From: Mytilus edulis
Lineage: Eukaryota
Assembly (NCBI RefSeq): GCF_963676685.1
Contig: NC_092351.1
Location: forward strand, 29,326,001 to 29,390,000
Reading direction: 5' to 3'
DNA: 64,000 bases
A program made the position numbers and the translations under genes. Of the stretch, positions 38,476 through 51,353 are shown one piece after another; positions within the stretch are counted from its first letter, which is position 1, and every line of letters begins with the position of its first letter. The notes under the pieces were generated by a model. The model worked only from the letters and a program-made list of their open reading frames with translations, was not told the origin of the DNA and did not search any database.

Positions 38476-39434
38476 GTAAACCTCAATTAAAGATTTTGAT
38501 ACATGTTTAGCTAAATTTAACCCGTACTGTCCAAATACTTATATGGTCCAATCGTTTAAAGAACACGGATGTTAATAAAAAGTCTCGTTTTGCAAAAGCT
38601 GTATGATAATGTTTTATAAGATATTTGAAAGGCTTTATAATTACCGATAGGCTTAAGTGATTGTTTCAAAATGTAATAGACTGACCACGTGAAAATTGTT
38701 AAAATGGTAATTTTGGTGTGACAAAAATCTATATATCCTGTGTATGATTTTTTAAATTCTGGTGTATCCAATATTTTGATTATTAGTGTAGCTTGCAGTT
38801 CACATGTAGTCTATTCCTTATGTTAACTTTCCCCCTTAAAGTCGTCATCGTAAGTTACAAATACAAAATTCATTCATTGTGTATGTGTAACATTTAATAG
38901 TTTAAATCTTTATTTAAAAGAGAGAGATATTCAATGTTCTCCGAGCTTTCTTCAATTCGCAGCGAGTACAAATACAGGTTGTATTTTCCTACAATGTACA
39001 AAATAAATGTTTTAGCGGACAATTTATGATTCACGCATGAAAACATGTACCTTATATTTTACCGACTTTAATTTTCAATAAAATCGACAATATTTTGACG
39101 GGGATCGAAAAGTAAACTGCAACATAAAAAATGATTTCAATATCCGTTAGCTTCTAATAGAAACAAGATAAAGGATACTTATACTTTTATATCTATATAG
39201 TAAAATGGTCGACTTCAGGACACAAGTCCTTCTTCCAGCATCACACGGAAAAAACATTTGCCTCAGCCGACAAAGCACGGTTAGGTTTATATTAAGTAAG
39301 TCATGGACATTTGGTTTAAAGTTGTTAATCAAATATTCTATATTTATCGGCATGTTCATTTTTTTCTTGTATTTATAAACGACTGTTCACGTCATAATCA
39401 ACAGAACGTTAACTACGTCTATACTTTCGCGGAC

Positions 39435-39557
39435 CATCGCACTTTAGCGTGTGTAGGCATCGCACTTTAGCGTGTGTATGCATCGCACTTTAGCGAAGAC
39501 CATCGCACTTTAGCGTGACCATCGTACTTTAGCGTCCCCATCGCACTTTAGAGTCCT
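39435..39557. repeat. Minisatellite, six copies of catcgcactttagcg with short variable linkers
   Basis: Directly visible; probably the subterminal array of a DNA transposon. Confidence 0.85.
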
Positions 39558-40499
39558 ACATATATATATCATGTCTGTATTTCGTCAACAATGTTAAACC
39601 TTCAAATTTGCATTATCTTTTTTTTTCTTTCCTCAGCGGGATTTGAAACCTCGACTACACGACCACATAATCTACATTGTGCCTCTAAAAATATCATTTT
39701 TGCTGGTCTAGGTATGTCTTTCCTCGTCGGCTTATATATATATATCTTTTCTTAAATCAATGCATGCAAGTGATATTATTGTATTGTTAAAAAACATAAA
39801 GATGGGAAAAAAGTATTTCTAACTTGAATAAATCCTCACCATACATTCTTTACAAATAAACTGTATGACAGCAAACAAATTATTACATCATATATTTAGT
39901 AATCAAACGGATATACATCTGTGACAATATTATGCTAAGAATTGTGAAATTGTATGAATAAAAATAAAAAAGCTGATATGGCCTTCATCTTACAAAAAAT
40001 AATTATCCTCTGTCAATAGCAGTTCTGAAACTGTAGTCATAGGATTATTTTTGTGTGAAAAGCACGTCTAGCTTTTCCTAGAACCGTATCAAGTATCTAC
40101 AATTGTTAGTTTAGAATATGTCCAAACTTTGAAAAACAATCTCTTGTGATGTCTACACCAGCGTTATTATCATTACCAGATAATCAAACCTCAAACTTTC
40201 AAATTATGGTTTTTTGGTAAATGATTGTGATTTGTATGTATCCAGTTTAAAATATAATTTAAATTAATCCGAAAAAAAAAATTCAATCGTATATGCAAAT
40301 GGTACTCAGTAAACTCCAAATTTGAAGTGACTAAATATAAACACCTAGTATTGAAATGATTTTTTTACATTTAATTGCTTTATTTCATATTGTTTTACGT
40401 TTAAATTAAACATCAGTACATTCTTTGTTTTTGCTTTGTGTATACTTTTAACTGTTTACATGTGTGTTGTTGTTATATAAACTTTATTATTGATGTTTC

Positions 40500-43400
40500 A
40501 GGCTAACCATATGATTATATTTACATGTGTTATTCAACTGTCATATCTGTTTTATATGGACTATGTTTCTTAGGTTACATTTATATATTTTAATTCTCTT
40601 TTTCTGTGTCGATGTTTTGATAAAAGCAGCATTTTTCAATGAGAGATATTACATCCTCTAGCAATCTGTTGAAAAAATTAACAAATTGAACAAGAATTTT
40701 GTTCTGTCAGATGCAACTTATGCTATATACATTTAAACAAAAATAGATTTTCTGTATGCTTTGCCTATGATTCTTGTAGGAATGGTACGACTAATTTATC
40801 ACAGATGATGACGACAGTATAAAGATAAAGAAGATGAATATTTATTAAGTATGGGAAAATTGCATGACCTTATTTATCAAATACTGTCGTCACAGACGTG
40901 ATAAACATTTGTTTTCCTTTCATTTGCCTTGTTAAAGCCAATGAAGAAAGCACTTATAGAATACCGCTACTTGTTTTCAGTTTTCAATCGGCAGGTTATT
41001 GTTCAAAGTATATAGTATAAAGAAGTAGATTTATATTTTACTTCAAGGTAATATGTTGTATACCATGGTGATAAATTAAAAATATTTTTACTTGCGTTCT
41101 ACACGTTCATTTTTCTTATACATGTTAAGTTTTTTTAATTACCAATTTCCTTATGTGTATGGTTTTGGTATTGGAACATGCATATGTTTACAATTCTTTG
41201 AAATTGACAATGTTTTAGTTTTGGTAGTTAAAGAATCACTATGTTCTATAAATTAAATGAATTAATTATGAAAACAATGCAAATTATAAAGTACAATTTT
41301 TAATGATTTTAATCAGCATTACGGTATTGAAGTATTGCAGTATTGAAATGCTTTTTTTTATTACGTTCACTGTTTTGTAAAATTTTTATCTTTTGAAATA
41401 AAAATCAGTCTGTTCTTGTTCGTGCTGTGTGAATATTTTTTTCCAAAATAGATTTAATAAATAATTAACTTTTTATCTGTGTGCTGTCCTCTCCATTTGA
41501 ACTTTATTATTCTTGTTTCAGTCTAATTTAAAAATATATATTTTTTATATTTTAAATGTAGAAATGCTCCAGTTATATAGAGTATACCTATTCCAAACCA
41601 GTGTGGAAAAGAGAAAATCATATGCTTATAATTTCATTTGATATTCAAATGTTATATCTGTTTTATATGGATTATGTTTCTTAGGTTACATTTAAATTTT
41701 CTTTTTCTGTGTCGATGTTTTGATAAAAGAAGCATTATTCAATGAGAGATAATACAACCCATAGCAATCTGTTGAAAATATATACAAATTGAACAAGAAT
41801 TTTGTTCAGTCAGATGCAACTTATGCAGTATACATATAAACAAAAATAGATTTTCTGTATGCATTGCCTATGATTCTGGAAGGAATGCTACGACTAATGT
41901 ATCACAGATGATGACGACAGTATAAGATACAGAAGTTGAATGTTTATTAATAATGGGAAAAGTGCATGACCTTATTTATCAAATACTGTCGTCACAAGTT
42001 TTCCTTTCATATGCCTAGTCAAAGCCAATGAAGAAAGCACTTTTAGAATACCGCTATTTTTTTCGGTTTCAATCTACAGGTTATTGCTCAAAGTAAATAT
42101 TATACAGAAGTAGATTTATATTTCACTGCAAGGTAACATGTTGTTTATCGTGGTGATAAACGAAAAATATTTTTATTTGCGTTCTACACGTCCAATTTAC
42201 TTACACATGTTTAATTTTTTCAGTGATCAATTTCGTAATGTGTACGTTGTTGATATTTGAACATGCATATGCTTACATATCTTTGAAATGGACTATGTAT
42301 TACTTTTGGGATTTACAGAATCACCATGTTCTCTAAATATTCAATGCGGTTTTTTTTTCAATTTTATTTCTTTTGAAGTAGAAAAAATCAGTATGTTCTT
42401 GTTCTTGCTTTGGGTATATTTTCATTTAAATAATTTCAATAAACAATTTAACTTTTTACATCTATGTTGTTGTTATATGAACATTATTATTGCTGTTTCG
42501 GGCGAATTGAAAATATATTACGGTACTAGTATTATTATAAAAGTAGAAATACATCATTTGCTAGAGTTATATAGACTATACCTATTCCAAACCAGTGTGA
42601 AAATAAGGAAATCATATGATTGTATTGTGTTGTGATATATAACTGTTTAATCTGTTTGATATGGATTTTGTTTCTTGGATTATACTTTTTTATTGGATTT
42701 TTTTTTATTGATGTTTCGATAAAAGGCAGCATTTTTCAATTGCAGATATAAAATAATTTAGCAATCTGTTTGAAATATAAACAAATTGAAAAAGTATTTT
42801 ATTCATTCAGATGCAACTTATGCAGTATACATATAAACAAAAATAGATTTTTTGTATGCTTTACCTATGATTTTGGTAGAAGCGGTACGAATAATTTATC
42901 ACAGATGAAGACGACAGTATAAAGATAAAGAAGTTGAATATTTATTAAGAATGGGAAAAGTGCATGACCTTATTTATCAACTACTGTCGTCACAGACGTG
43001 ATAAACATTTGTTTTCCTTTCATTTGCCTTGTCAAAGCCAATGAAGAAAGCACTTATAGAATACCACTATTTGTTTTCGGTTTTCAATCGGCAGGTTATT
43101 GCTCAAAGTCAATATTATACAAAAGTAGATTTATATTTTACTTCAAGATAACATGATGTATATCATGGTGATAAATTAAAAATATTTATTTGCGTTCTAC
43201 ATGTTCATTTGTCTTATGCATGTTTAAGTTTTGTAGTGATCAATTTCCTTATGTGTATGGTTTTGGTATTTGAACATGCATATGTTTACATTATTTGAAA
43301 TGGACAATGTATTAGTTGTTGTATTTACAGAATCACCATGTTCTCTACATATTTAATGCGGTTTTTTTTAAATTATTTTCTTTTGGCGTAGGTTGTGCTG

Positions 43401-43550
43401 TATTTGTTTTCTATAATAAACTAATTCATTCTGAAAACATTGCAAAATTTAAAGCACAGCTTTTAAAGATTTTGATCAGCATTACAGTATTGAAGTATTT
43501 AAATGGTTTTTTTTTCATTTCTCTGCTTTATTACATTTTTTACTTTTGAA
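40500..43550. repeat. Three diverged tandem units of ~1.0-1.1 kb
   Basis: The marker cagatgcaacttatgc occurs near 40707, 41811 and 42808. No convincing coding frame. Confidence 0.85.
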
Positions 43551-43749
43551 ATAAAACGAACAAACTTGCCATATGTATGTTATTAACTTGCTGAACATGT
43601 TTTGTTTCATTCTACAACTAATATGTGTTCTATATTTTAAAATATGTGAAGTTTAACATGATGATCAATCTCTAAGTGTACATACTAAAGTCGTCACTTT
43701 TTGAAAGAAAATATATCGTCATAATATCTATACTAACATTTATTCCAAA

Positions 43750-44480
43750 AGAAAATTCTTGAAAAACACCTTTTTCTCACAAGAATACTTTTTATATCAG
43801 AATTAAAATCTAACAGAAATCACAGCATATTATTTATATTTTTTTTTACAGTTAATACAATGTTCCACCCCTGTTTCAGTTTTCAAATAATTTGAAAACA
43901 AGACTTTAAACTATAATAGTCTTACCCTGTGTGCATGTTTTTTGACATTACATGTCTAGAACCTTTCCGAATACTATTTTAAAATTTACGATTGTATAAA
44001 ATATCCAATCCTGCCTCAGTTTCCAGTCCACATCTTACTGTATGCCTATGTTTCTGTAAAAAATCACAATTTTATACTTAAATGGTCAGTTGTGAATTTT
44101 TGTCACCAGAATATTAATCATATGATATGACATATATATGAACCAGAAGTTTTTTACCACAGCAGTATTTGGAAAAGTTGTATGTATGAAGTTACAATTT
44201 TGATATATAAATTCATAACTAGTTTTATAGATCTGACAGCTAAAATAAGTGTTGGCATAACTTTAAGCAAGGTTATTGTTTTCTATACCAAAATCATTTA
44301 TAATTAATATTACGTATATTATATTCCGCGGTCAGAAAAAAAAAACCATTCAGGTGTTAAGGCTTACTTATATGTATATGTTTTGGACAGGACACAAACA
44401 ATCATCATCAATATTCATCAAGGATCTATGAGCTGCAATGCATTTCGAAAAGTAAATAAAAACTTTTCTAAAGAATTTAA
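43750..44480 (+). repeat. Diverged interspersed repeat shared with 58960-59940
   Basis: Colinear blocks such as tccagtccacatcttactgtatgcctat and aaggatctatgag occur in both. Confidence 0.65.
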
Positions 44481-45799
44481 AAGGCATATACTGTCTGTTG
44501 GTACCTTGTATGTATAAAACGTACCCATGCAAAGTACGCACACCTTTGTTCACCATTGAAACTTGAGAAAAAAGTGTTTTTTATGCTTTACATGCAGGGA
44601 CTTTCTAAAAAACTTGAAACGTCCAACTAAAATGATTTCTCTTTATGGGACGAATTGGACCCCAGTTCTAGTTTTGATTACATGATAAGGAAAACGTTGT
44701 TGCAGAATTAAAAAAAAAACTTAGCAAACGATCGTTGTTTTATCGTTTCCACAGATGTGTTTGATTGAGAAAAACATGAAGTGTTAAATAGGGAAGTTGT
44801 TTAAATGCAAATCGTAGTCGACGAATCTTGTAAGAAAGAAATTTCATTACGAACATTTTTTAATACACAATAAATGAATAAATTGTTATAGCTCTGTTGA
44901 TAAATGAGTGATTGAGTAAATATTAATTTCTGTTTATTTCATTTATTATTTGTTAGTATTGAATCGTTTAATCCAGATGACCACTCTCTTATTGATACTC
45001 AATTATGAAGTCAAGTTGTTTTGAAAACAAATCAATTTAAAGATTCACAGTGTTCCTCAATCAGATTAGTTGAGGTATTAAAATGGCATTTTAAAAAACA
45101 TGCTAAAAATTTATGATTTATGAAATGTAAAACCGTAAAAATCATCACTTTATTCAACTTCATAACGTAAAAGTCACATGACATGTGGTCACCTGATACT
45201 ACTAAAGTGAAAAAAAATGTGGTCACTATCATCAATCGGGCGTGTTTCGTTCAATTTTCATACATTCAACTTCTATGTTCCTTGTAACAAAACATATCAA
45301 AAGTAAGTTAGAAACTCGGGAATCACGTACACTTATTCTCTAATTCGGATATGACCAAATACATCTTCCGGGTGACAACGCAGAACAGACAATATAAACT
45401 CAAATTAACAAATCATAACCACTAAAGTATTTAGCTGATTTTTATTTGCATATGACAAATGTTATACTAGAAGGTACACCTACACATTTTGAACGTAAGT
45501 ACCATCAATTTCATTTACTAAGAAAATATTTACTTCCAGACTATCTGGTTTAATGGTTAAAAAAAGTATGAAAATACAATGTAAGTATGCATAACACACC
45601 CATTTTCAGCAATCTATTCTAGTGTAAAAAATCAGCTTACTATCCACACCTAAAGACGGTATGCAAAAATTATGAGTTTACTTTGTAAACAAGGATTAAG
45701 GTAAACTTTGCATACAATATACAATTTAGGCTGAGTCACATTATTATAAAACTTTATAATATTGTATTTTTAAAGATAATTTCATTTAAATCTCTAAAG

Positions 45800-46055
45800 A
45801 TAACCAGATCTTGTGACATTCTACATGTTCTCGTTTTCACTCGATGTAGATTACACTTCTGTTTGTAGAGACAATGTAATTACCAATGTGATTTTTTGCT
45901 ACAAATTCTCTATCCAAAATTATAATAATGTGTGATGCTTAAAGCATTTGCAAAGACGCTGTCTAGTGTTTCTTAGTGAACCAGTTTTTGGTGATATTAG
46001 GAATAGACTGCCGTTCGATAGTCACTAAATCTATTTGTAAAATGTCCAGTGTTTT
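45800..46055 (-). pseudogene. Degenerate METTL24/FkbM-like methyltransferase terminal exon, copy A
   Basis: Acceptor ttttcag, then KTLDILQIDLVTIERQSIPNIT; frameshifted downstream. Confidence 0.55.
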
Positions 46056-46959
46056 CTGAAAAAAATATGAATATTCAGCGATATACGGAATTCAAAAACC
46101 GAACAAAAATGTTATCCTGTAAAAATTCCGTTTTCATATCAAAGCAAATCTAACTTTTATAGTTAGTTGTGTTTATTTTTTATTTCAAACATACTGCATG
46201 CAAGAGTTTAAACATGTGCATTCGCCTTCTGACATACCAAAAATGAAGGCAATGTAAGCATCAAGTTGACGAAATTATATCTAAACAAAACGTAGAACAT
46301 TTTTTTTCTATTGTCAGTTACAGTTCAATGAGCAAAAATGTACACATTATTTTTAAATAAAAAACATTTTTATTTCACTTTAAGTGTAACAGGTTATACA
46401 ACGTTCATATATTCGTTTGCATCATTTAATATATGGACTAAGGAGTGATTTTGTTTTTAGATTTTGTTCATATCTTTTTATTATCTTTGAAATATGAATA
46501 TGAAAAGTGTATAATGACCCAGTTACCTGTATAAGTTATACTATGTAAGGTTGGTAATAATGCACGTATTGAAGGTATGTTTATCTTTTAAAGGATATTA
46601 ATATAATCTATTTTTCGAAAGGTCTACAGTTTAATAATACGATTGTTCAGTTTCCTCTATTCGATTCTTCACAACCCAAATTGGCCACAAAAGGACTAAA
46701 AATGGAAAACTAGTTTTTGTTTGGATAAATAAATATAATAGTACTTATAATAATATTAATTAAGATAATAATATCAATAAAAGCTATCATTAAAAAAATA
46801 TATAATGGAAAGATAACTAATCAAAATAAAAATTAGTATACAACAAGCTATACATTTATTGTTTCATGTGTTTATCTGTTTCTTCACAAAATTGTACTGT
46901 TATATTTTCAGAAAATATACTAATCATAGGCAGTATTTTCTTAACATTGTCCATTGATT

Positions 46960-47173
46960 GTTTTGATATTTGCAGGATTTGTATGCTACCAATACATTCT
47001 ATAATCTTCATTATATATACTTTTTATGTTTGAAGCATTTGCAAAACCTCAGAATATCCATGAAATGACACCCAAAGCGGTATAGTGTTTCTTAGTGCAT
47101 CAGTTTGGATAAAATTAGGTAGAGACTGCCATTACATAGACACTGTATCCATTTTTGAAATGTCCAGTGCTTT
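46960..47173 (-). pseudogene. Degenerate METTL24/FkbM-like methyltransferase terminal exon, copy B
   Basis: KALDISKMDTVSM*WQSLPNFIQTDALRNTIPLWVSFHG after a ttttcag acceptor. Confidence 0.65.
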
Positions 47174-47314
47174 CTGAAAAAAAAAGAATAAAACAAGCTT
47201 TATGTTTATTATTTATCTGTATGGGAACAAATTCATACTGTTTGTTTTTTTCTTATAAAGTAAACTAATGAAATGTCCAGTGCTTTCTGAAAAAATAAAA
47301 AAAATAAAACTAAT

Positions 47315-48646
47315 CAAAGGCAGCGTTGTTTAATGTTATATTTGTAATTCTCATCGGATTTTGTCAAATGTGTTGACGTCTTTTCTATTATATTTATGTG
47401 TTATGAAACAAAAATTAAACACCGCCGTCATTTATTAGATTTAATTTTGGTCAACATAATCTGTACGATAATTTACGTTTGAAGTTGGATTCATAACAAA
47501 CTGCACATATATATATTATAGTTAATTGCTATTAATAAGTATTGCAATATGCATTGTGTTTAAATGCAATATCAGTATTTAGTTCTATTTTAATCTTTAA
47601 TCAATCCTAATTCTATCTTACTTTTGAGATATAGTTTTTCATATGTGACGTAATTTTTCTGCTGTTTCAGAAATTTCATATATTCAAATGTGACGTAATT
47701 TTTAATGCCTTTTCACCATCTTATGTGACGTCATTTTCATAATTTACTGCGTTGAGGCCTGTACTGATTTGGATGTGTCTATTCTGTGTTGGTCATTCAT
47801 TATGTATTCGTGTTTGTTTTATGTAATGAGTTAATACTTAAGTTTCATTATGTATATCTGTTATATTCATTTGATGATAAAATTTACTGTTTGCAATAGC
47901 ATTAATTGTTCTAAATAATAAGGATGTTCTTATCCCAAGCATAAAAACTTAGCCGTATTTGACACAACCTTTTTCAACTTTTGATCTTCAGTGCTGTACA
48001 ACTTTGTAATTTTTGTCGCTTTCGATCTTTTATATCTGGGCGTCACTGGTGAGTCTTGTGTGGACGAGGCGCGTTTTTGGCGTATTAAATTTTAAACCTG
48101 ATGCTTTTTGTTATTCGTTAATCATGTGTTTATTTGTCTAATACGTTTTCCTATTTATTTGTATTGTAGTCCTGTAATATTATGTTGTCATTTCTATGTT
48201 ATATTTAACATTGCCATTAAAGTGCGAGGTTTGGCAGCCACAAAACCAGGTTCAACCCACCATTTTTTCCTTTAAAAATGTCCTGTACCAAGTCAGGAAT
48301 ATGGCCATTGTTATATTATAGTTCGTTTCTGTGTGTGTTACAATTCAACTTTGGGTCGTTTGTTTTCTCTTATTTTTTTAATGTAAATTGACATTGCGAT
48401 AAGACGTGTCACGGTACTTGTCTATCCCAAATTCATGTATTTGGTTTTGATGTTATATTTGTTATTCTCGTGGGGTTTTGTCTGATGCTTGGTCCGTTTC
48501 TGTGTGTGTTAGTTACATTGTAGTGTTGTGTCGTTGTTCTCCTCTTATATTTATGCGTTTCCCTCAGTTTTAGTTTGTTACCCCGATTTTGTTTTTTGTC
48601 CATGGATTTATGAGTTTGAACAGCGGTATACTACTGTTGCCTTTAT
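47315..48646 (+). mobile_element. Composite non-autonomous repeat containing a decayed retrozyme fragment
   Basis: 47880-48090 aligns with the 369-nt unit and has a degenerate hammerhead (cgtca CTGGTGA gtc..gac GAGG..tggcg). The 3' part matches the GT-rich repeat family. Confidence 0.6.
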
Positions 48647-48689
48647 TTTCTATAAATTTGCCAATGATTGGGTTTTTTTTTTTTTTTTT

Positions 48690-48877
48690 TATCTTTGCAG
48701 GATTTTTATGCTATAAATAAATTCTATATTCTTCATTACATATACTTTTTATGTTTAAAGTCCATGAAATTCCACCCAAAGCTGTCTTATGTTTCCAAGG
48801 GCACCAGTTTTGGTGATATAAGACAGAGACTGCCATTATATAGACTCTATATCCATTTTTGAAATGTCCAGTGCTTT
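48690..48877 (-). pseudogene. Degenerate METTL24/FkbM-like methyltransferase terminal exon, copy C
   Basis: KALDISKMDIESI*WQSLSYITKTGALGNIRQLWVEFHG fits the DxLKxDIExxEW...QLxxEFH pattern. Confidence 0.7.
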
Positions 48878-48944
48878 CTGAAAAATAAAAAAAAATAAAA
48901 CTTAACGTTTATTACTTTTATCGTTATGGAAAATAATCATACTG

Positions 48945-49635
48945 TTACATGTGATGTAGAGAACAGCTTCCCTTTCCTGAGCCCGAAAATGATGATGTTG
49001 CTACTGCGACGTTCCCTTCAATTTTTATCATAAATATTTCATATTTGGCGCCAAGCACCATATTATACACGATGACATTACGTCGATCTTTAAATCTCTT
49101 GTTGAGTTTCCGATAAAATAGTTTCAATGGTTCAAGTATTATATAATATTGTGGGTTGTACATGTCTAAAAATGATTGCGCATCGCCAACAATATTTCCG
49201 CCAATATCAACAATTATACTTTTGTTCGGTACAAGATATCTGTGTTCTTTAAATCGAATATCATACTGTGTTCCTTTCCAAAATCGTCCTCCCTTCTTAA
49301 TGTCTTTTGTATAATTCTTTATGCAATATTTTATATGCTTCTCTTCACTCATAGTAAAATTTCTTTTGCTAAGTGCTGGCATGTCTGAGTTGGTTTTATG
49401 CATAGTTTTGGATTGTTGATGAATATTAAGTGGTATGACATCTTCAATGCCTGTTCGGTTCATAGTTGCAGGATCTTCAAAACATTCATATGCAACTTTT
49501 CTAGGCTGTACTGATTGGCAGTAGTACGGAACAGAAACGTGAATAAACTTTTAAAAAAATCATAAAGATGATGATTATTACAATAAAATACTTCTTTGCA
49601 GGAGAAAGCTTCAAGACAGATCTCAGATAATCCAT
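48945..49635 (-). pseudogene. Type II membrane FkbM-like SAM methyltransferase, frameshifted and 3'-truncated
   Basis: Acceptor at 49637, ATG 49635, signal anchor YFIVIIIIFMIF, frameshift in a T-run, then IIVDIGGNIVGD (motif I) and YIILEPL. Stops abruptly at 48945. Confidence 0.7.
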
Positions 49636-50189
49636 TCTGAAAAAAATTAAACATGACTTTTTTTTTTTTTTTTAGTTACTATTTTCAACTGCATTTAATG
49701 AAGAAAATTTTTGAAAAGGATCAGGGGGCAATTCAGCATCAAAATTGGCCTAAAATACATTGCGGAAATGCATGGGTATTCATTTGAAATTTACCATGCT
49801 ACAAGTGTACAGTTAAGGTAAAAGAAAATACATATTTCACAGCGGACGATTTACCATATGATTAATCTATTAATAATCATGGTTTTTTGTTCAATTTCTA
49901 TAGTCCTTGTTCTATATTAGCTTTTAAGCCTATTGTGAATATAAATGACACACAATTCAGACAACGGCTTGCTTTTTTTGATTAAATTAAAAGCTGTAAG
50001 AAAGCTTCCAGTATAATGTGGTGATGATACCAGTTTGTGGAAAATGTTTTAAAATGAAAGAACTAATGGAAATCTGTATCAAATCATCAGGTTAATTTCA
50101 AAACATTTTAATAAGGAATATATATATATATTATGAAGTAATATTGACGTCACCAAAATTTAAATAAATTTTTGATCGATATATATCAG

Positions 50190-51353
50190 CAGGCATGTGG
50201 AAAATTACATTGTAAAGTAAGGCATTATATTACAATTACATTGACAAAACCATGGATTAAATTACAATTACATGTATTTATCATAGTAATGCATTACATT
50301 ACAATTACTTTTACAAAGAAATGCATTGAATTACACATTTCATCGGTAAAAAAACATTATCGAGTAAAAAGAAAATTCAAATATTTTGAAAACAATATGA
50401 TGTTAAAAAAAGATTCTCGCATGTGCAGTAAATGTTCCATGCATTGAATTTTAGTCTATGTATACATGTAAAAAGTTTATTCAACATGTGATACGAATAT
50501 ACATTTTTTTTTAAATATCATAAGGGTTTCAAAGAATTTGTCCTTCATGCGAATTCTACATTTTAAGGTATACATCTCTGTGTTTTCTCTAAAAGAAATT
50601 ATACAGATGAAGTGTAATACTTATTTTAATATATAATGTTAAAAAATAATTACTTTTATAAATGTACATTTGTTTTTTTAAATTTCAATCTAATTTTTTA
50701 CTGAGAATTTTTTTCTAATTATATAATAAACAAAGAGCTTAATGACAAAGTGTAAAAATGGGGAAAGAATTAATTGTAAAACAAACTAATTAGTGTTTAT
50801 GACAATGTTCAATGATCTGTTATTTAATCAAAACAAAGTATACTATTCATTGATCTTTAAACAAGAATCAAATTCAGTAAAGCTCTTCAAATAACAATCT
50901 TTTATACAGAAAAATGGATGAAAATGTATGAAATAAAATGAATTTAAAAAAAAATATTATATACAGGATTTTGCTATTCATTTAGAATTGTCAAATTTGG
51001 TCATTCTGGTAATTATACAGTTTTTGTTAAGTTCTACCTGGGGCAAAGATTATTCTCCAAATTTCCTCTAGTGATATACATTGTATGTAAAGGGAGTTAA
51101 TCAAGAAAACTTAATTTTTGCTTTAGTTAACTCTCTAACAAACTGTTAAAGATATATAGTATGTGAAAAAAAAGTAATGCCATGTAATGCAATGTAATGC
51201 ATGAAATTACACTACTTTTTGCTGAAGTAACGCATTATATAACAACTACATGTTATGCAAAAATTGCAGCATTACACATTACATGCAAATACTTTGGAAT
51301 ATGTAATGCATAACCATGCATTACAACTACAAATTTGCATTACCTTCTGCCGG
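50190..51353. mobile_element. Non-autonomous hAT-like transposon
   Basis: 8-bp TSD TATATCAG (50182-50189, 51354-51361), caggca/tgccgg termini, ATTAC-rich subterminal repeats. Confidence 0.75.

Noticed and set aside
24200-39100. Numerous 60-130 aa ORFs as host genes
   Set aside because: AT-biased composition, no recognisable motifs, no consistent exon structure.
39435-39557. CRISPR-like repeat-spacer appearance
   Set aside because: Repeats of 15 bp with related linkers of only 4-8 nt, no cas genes, eukaryotic context.
39630-39660. tRNA gene
   Set aside because: Only a B-box-like fragment on the minus strand; no cloverleaf.
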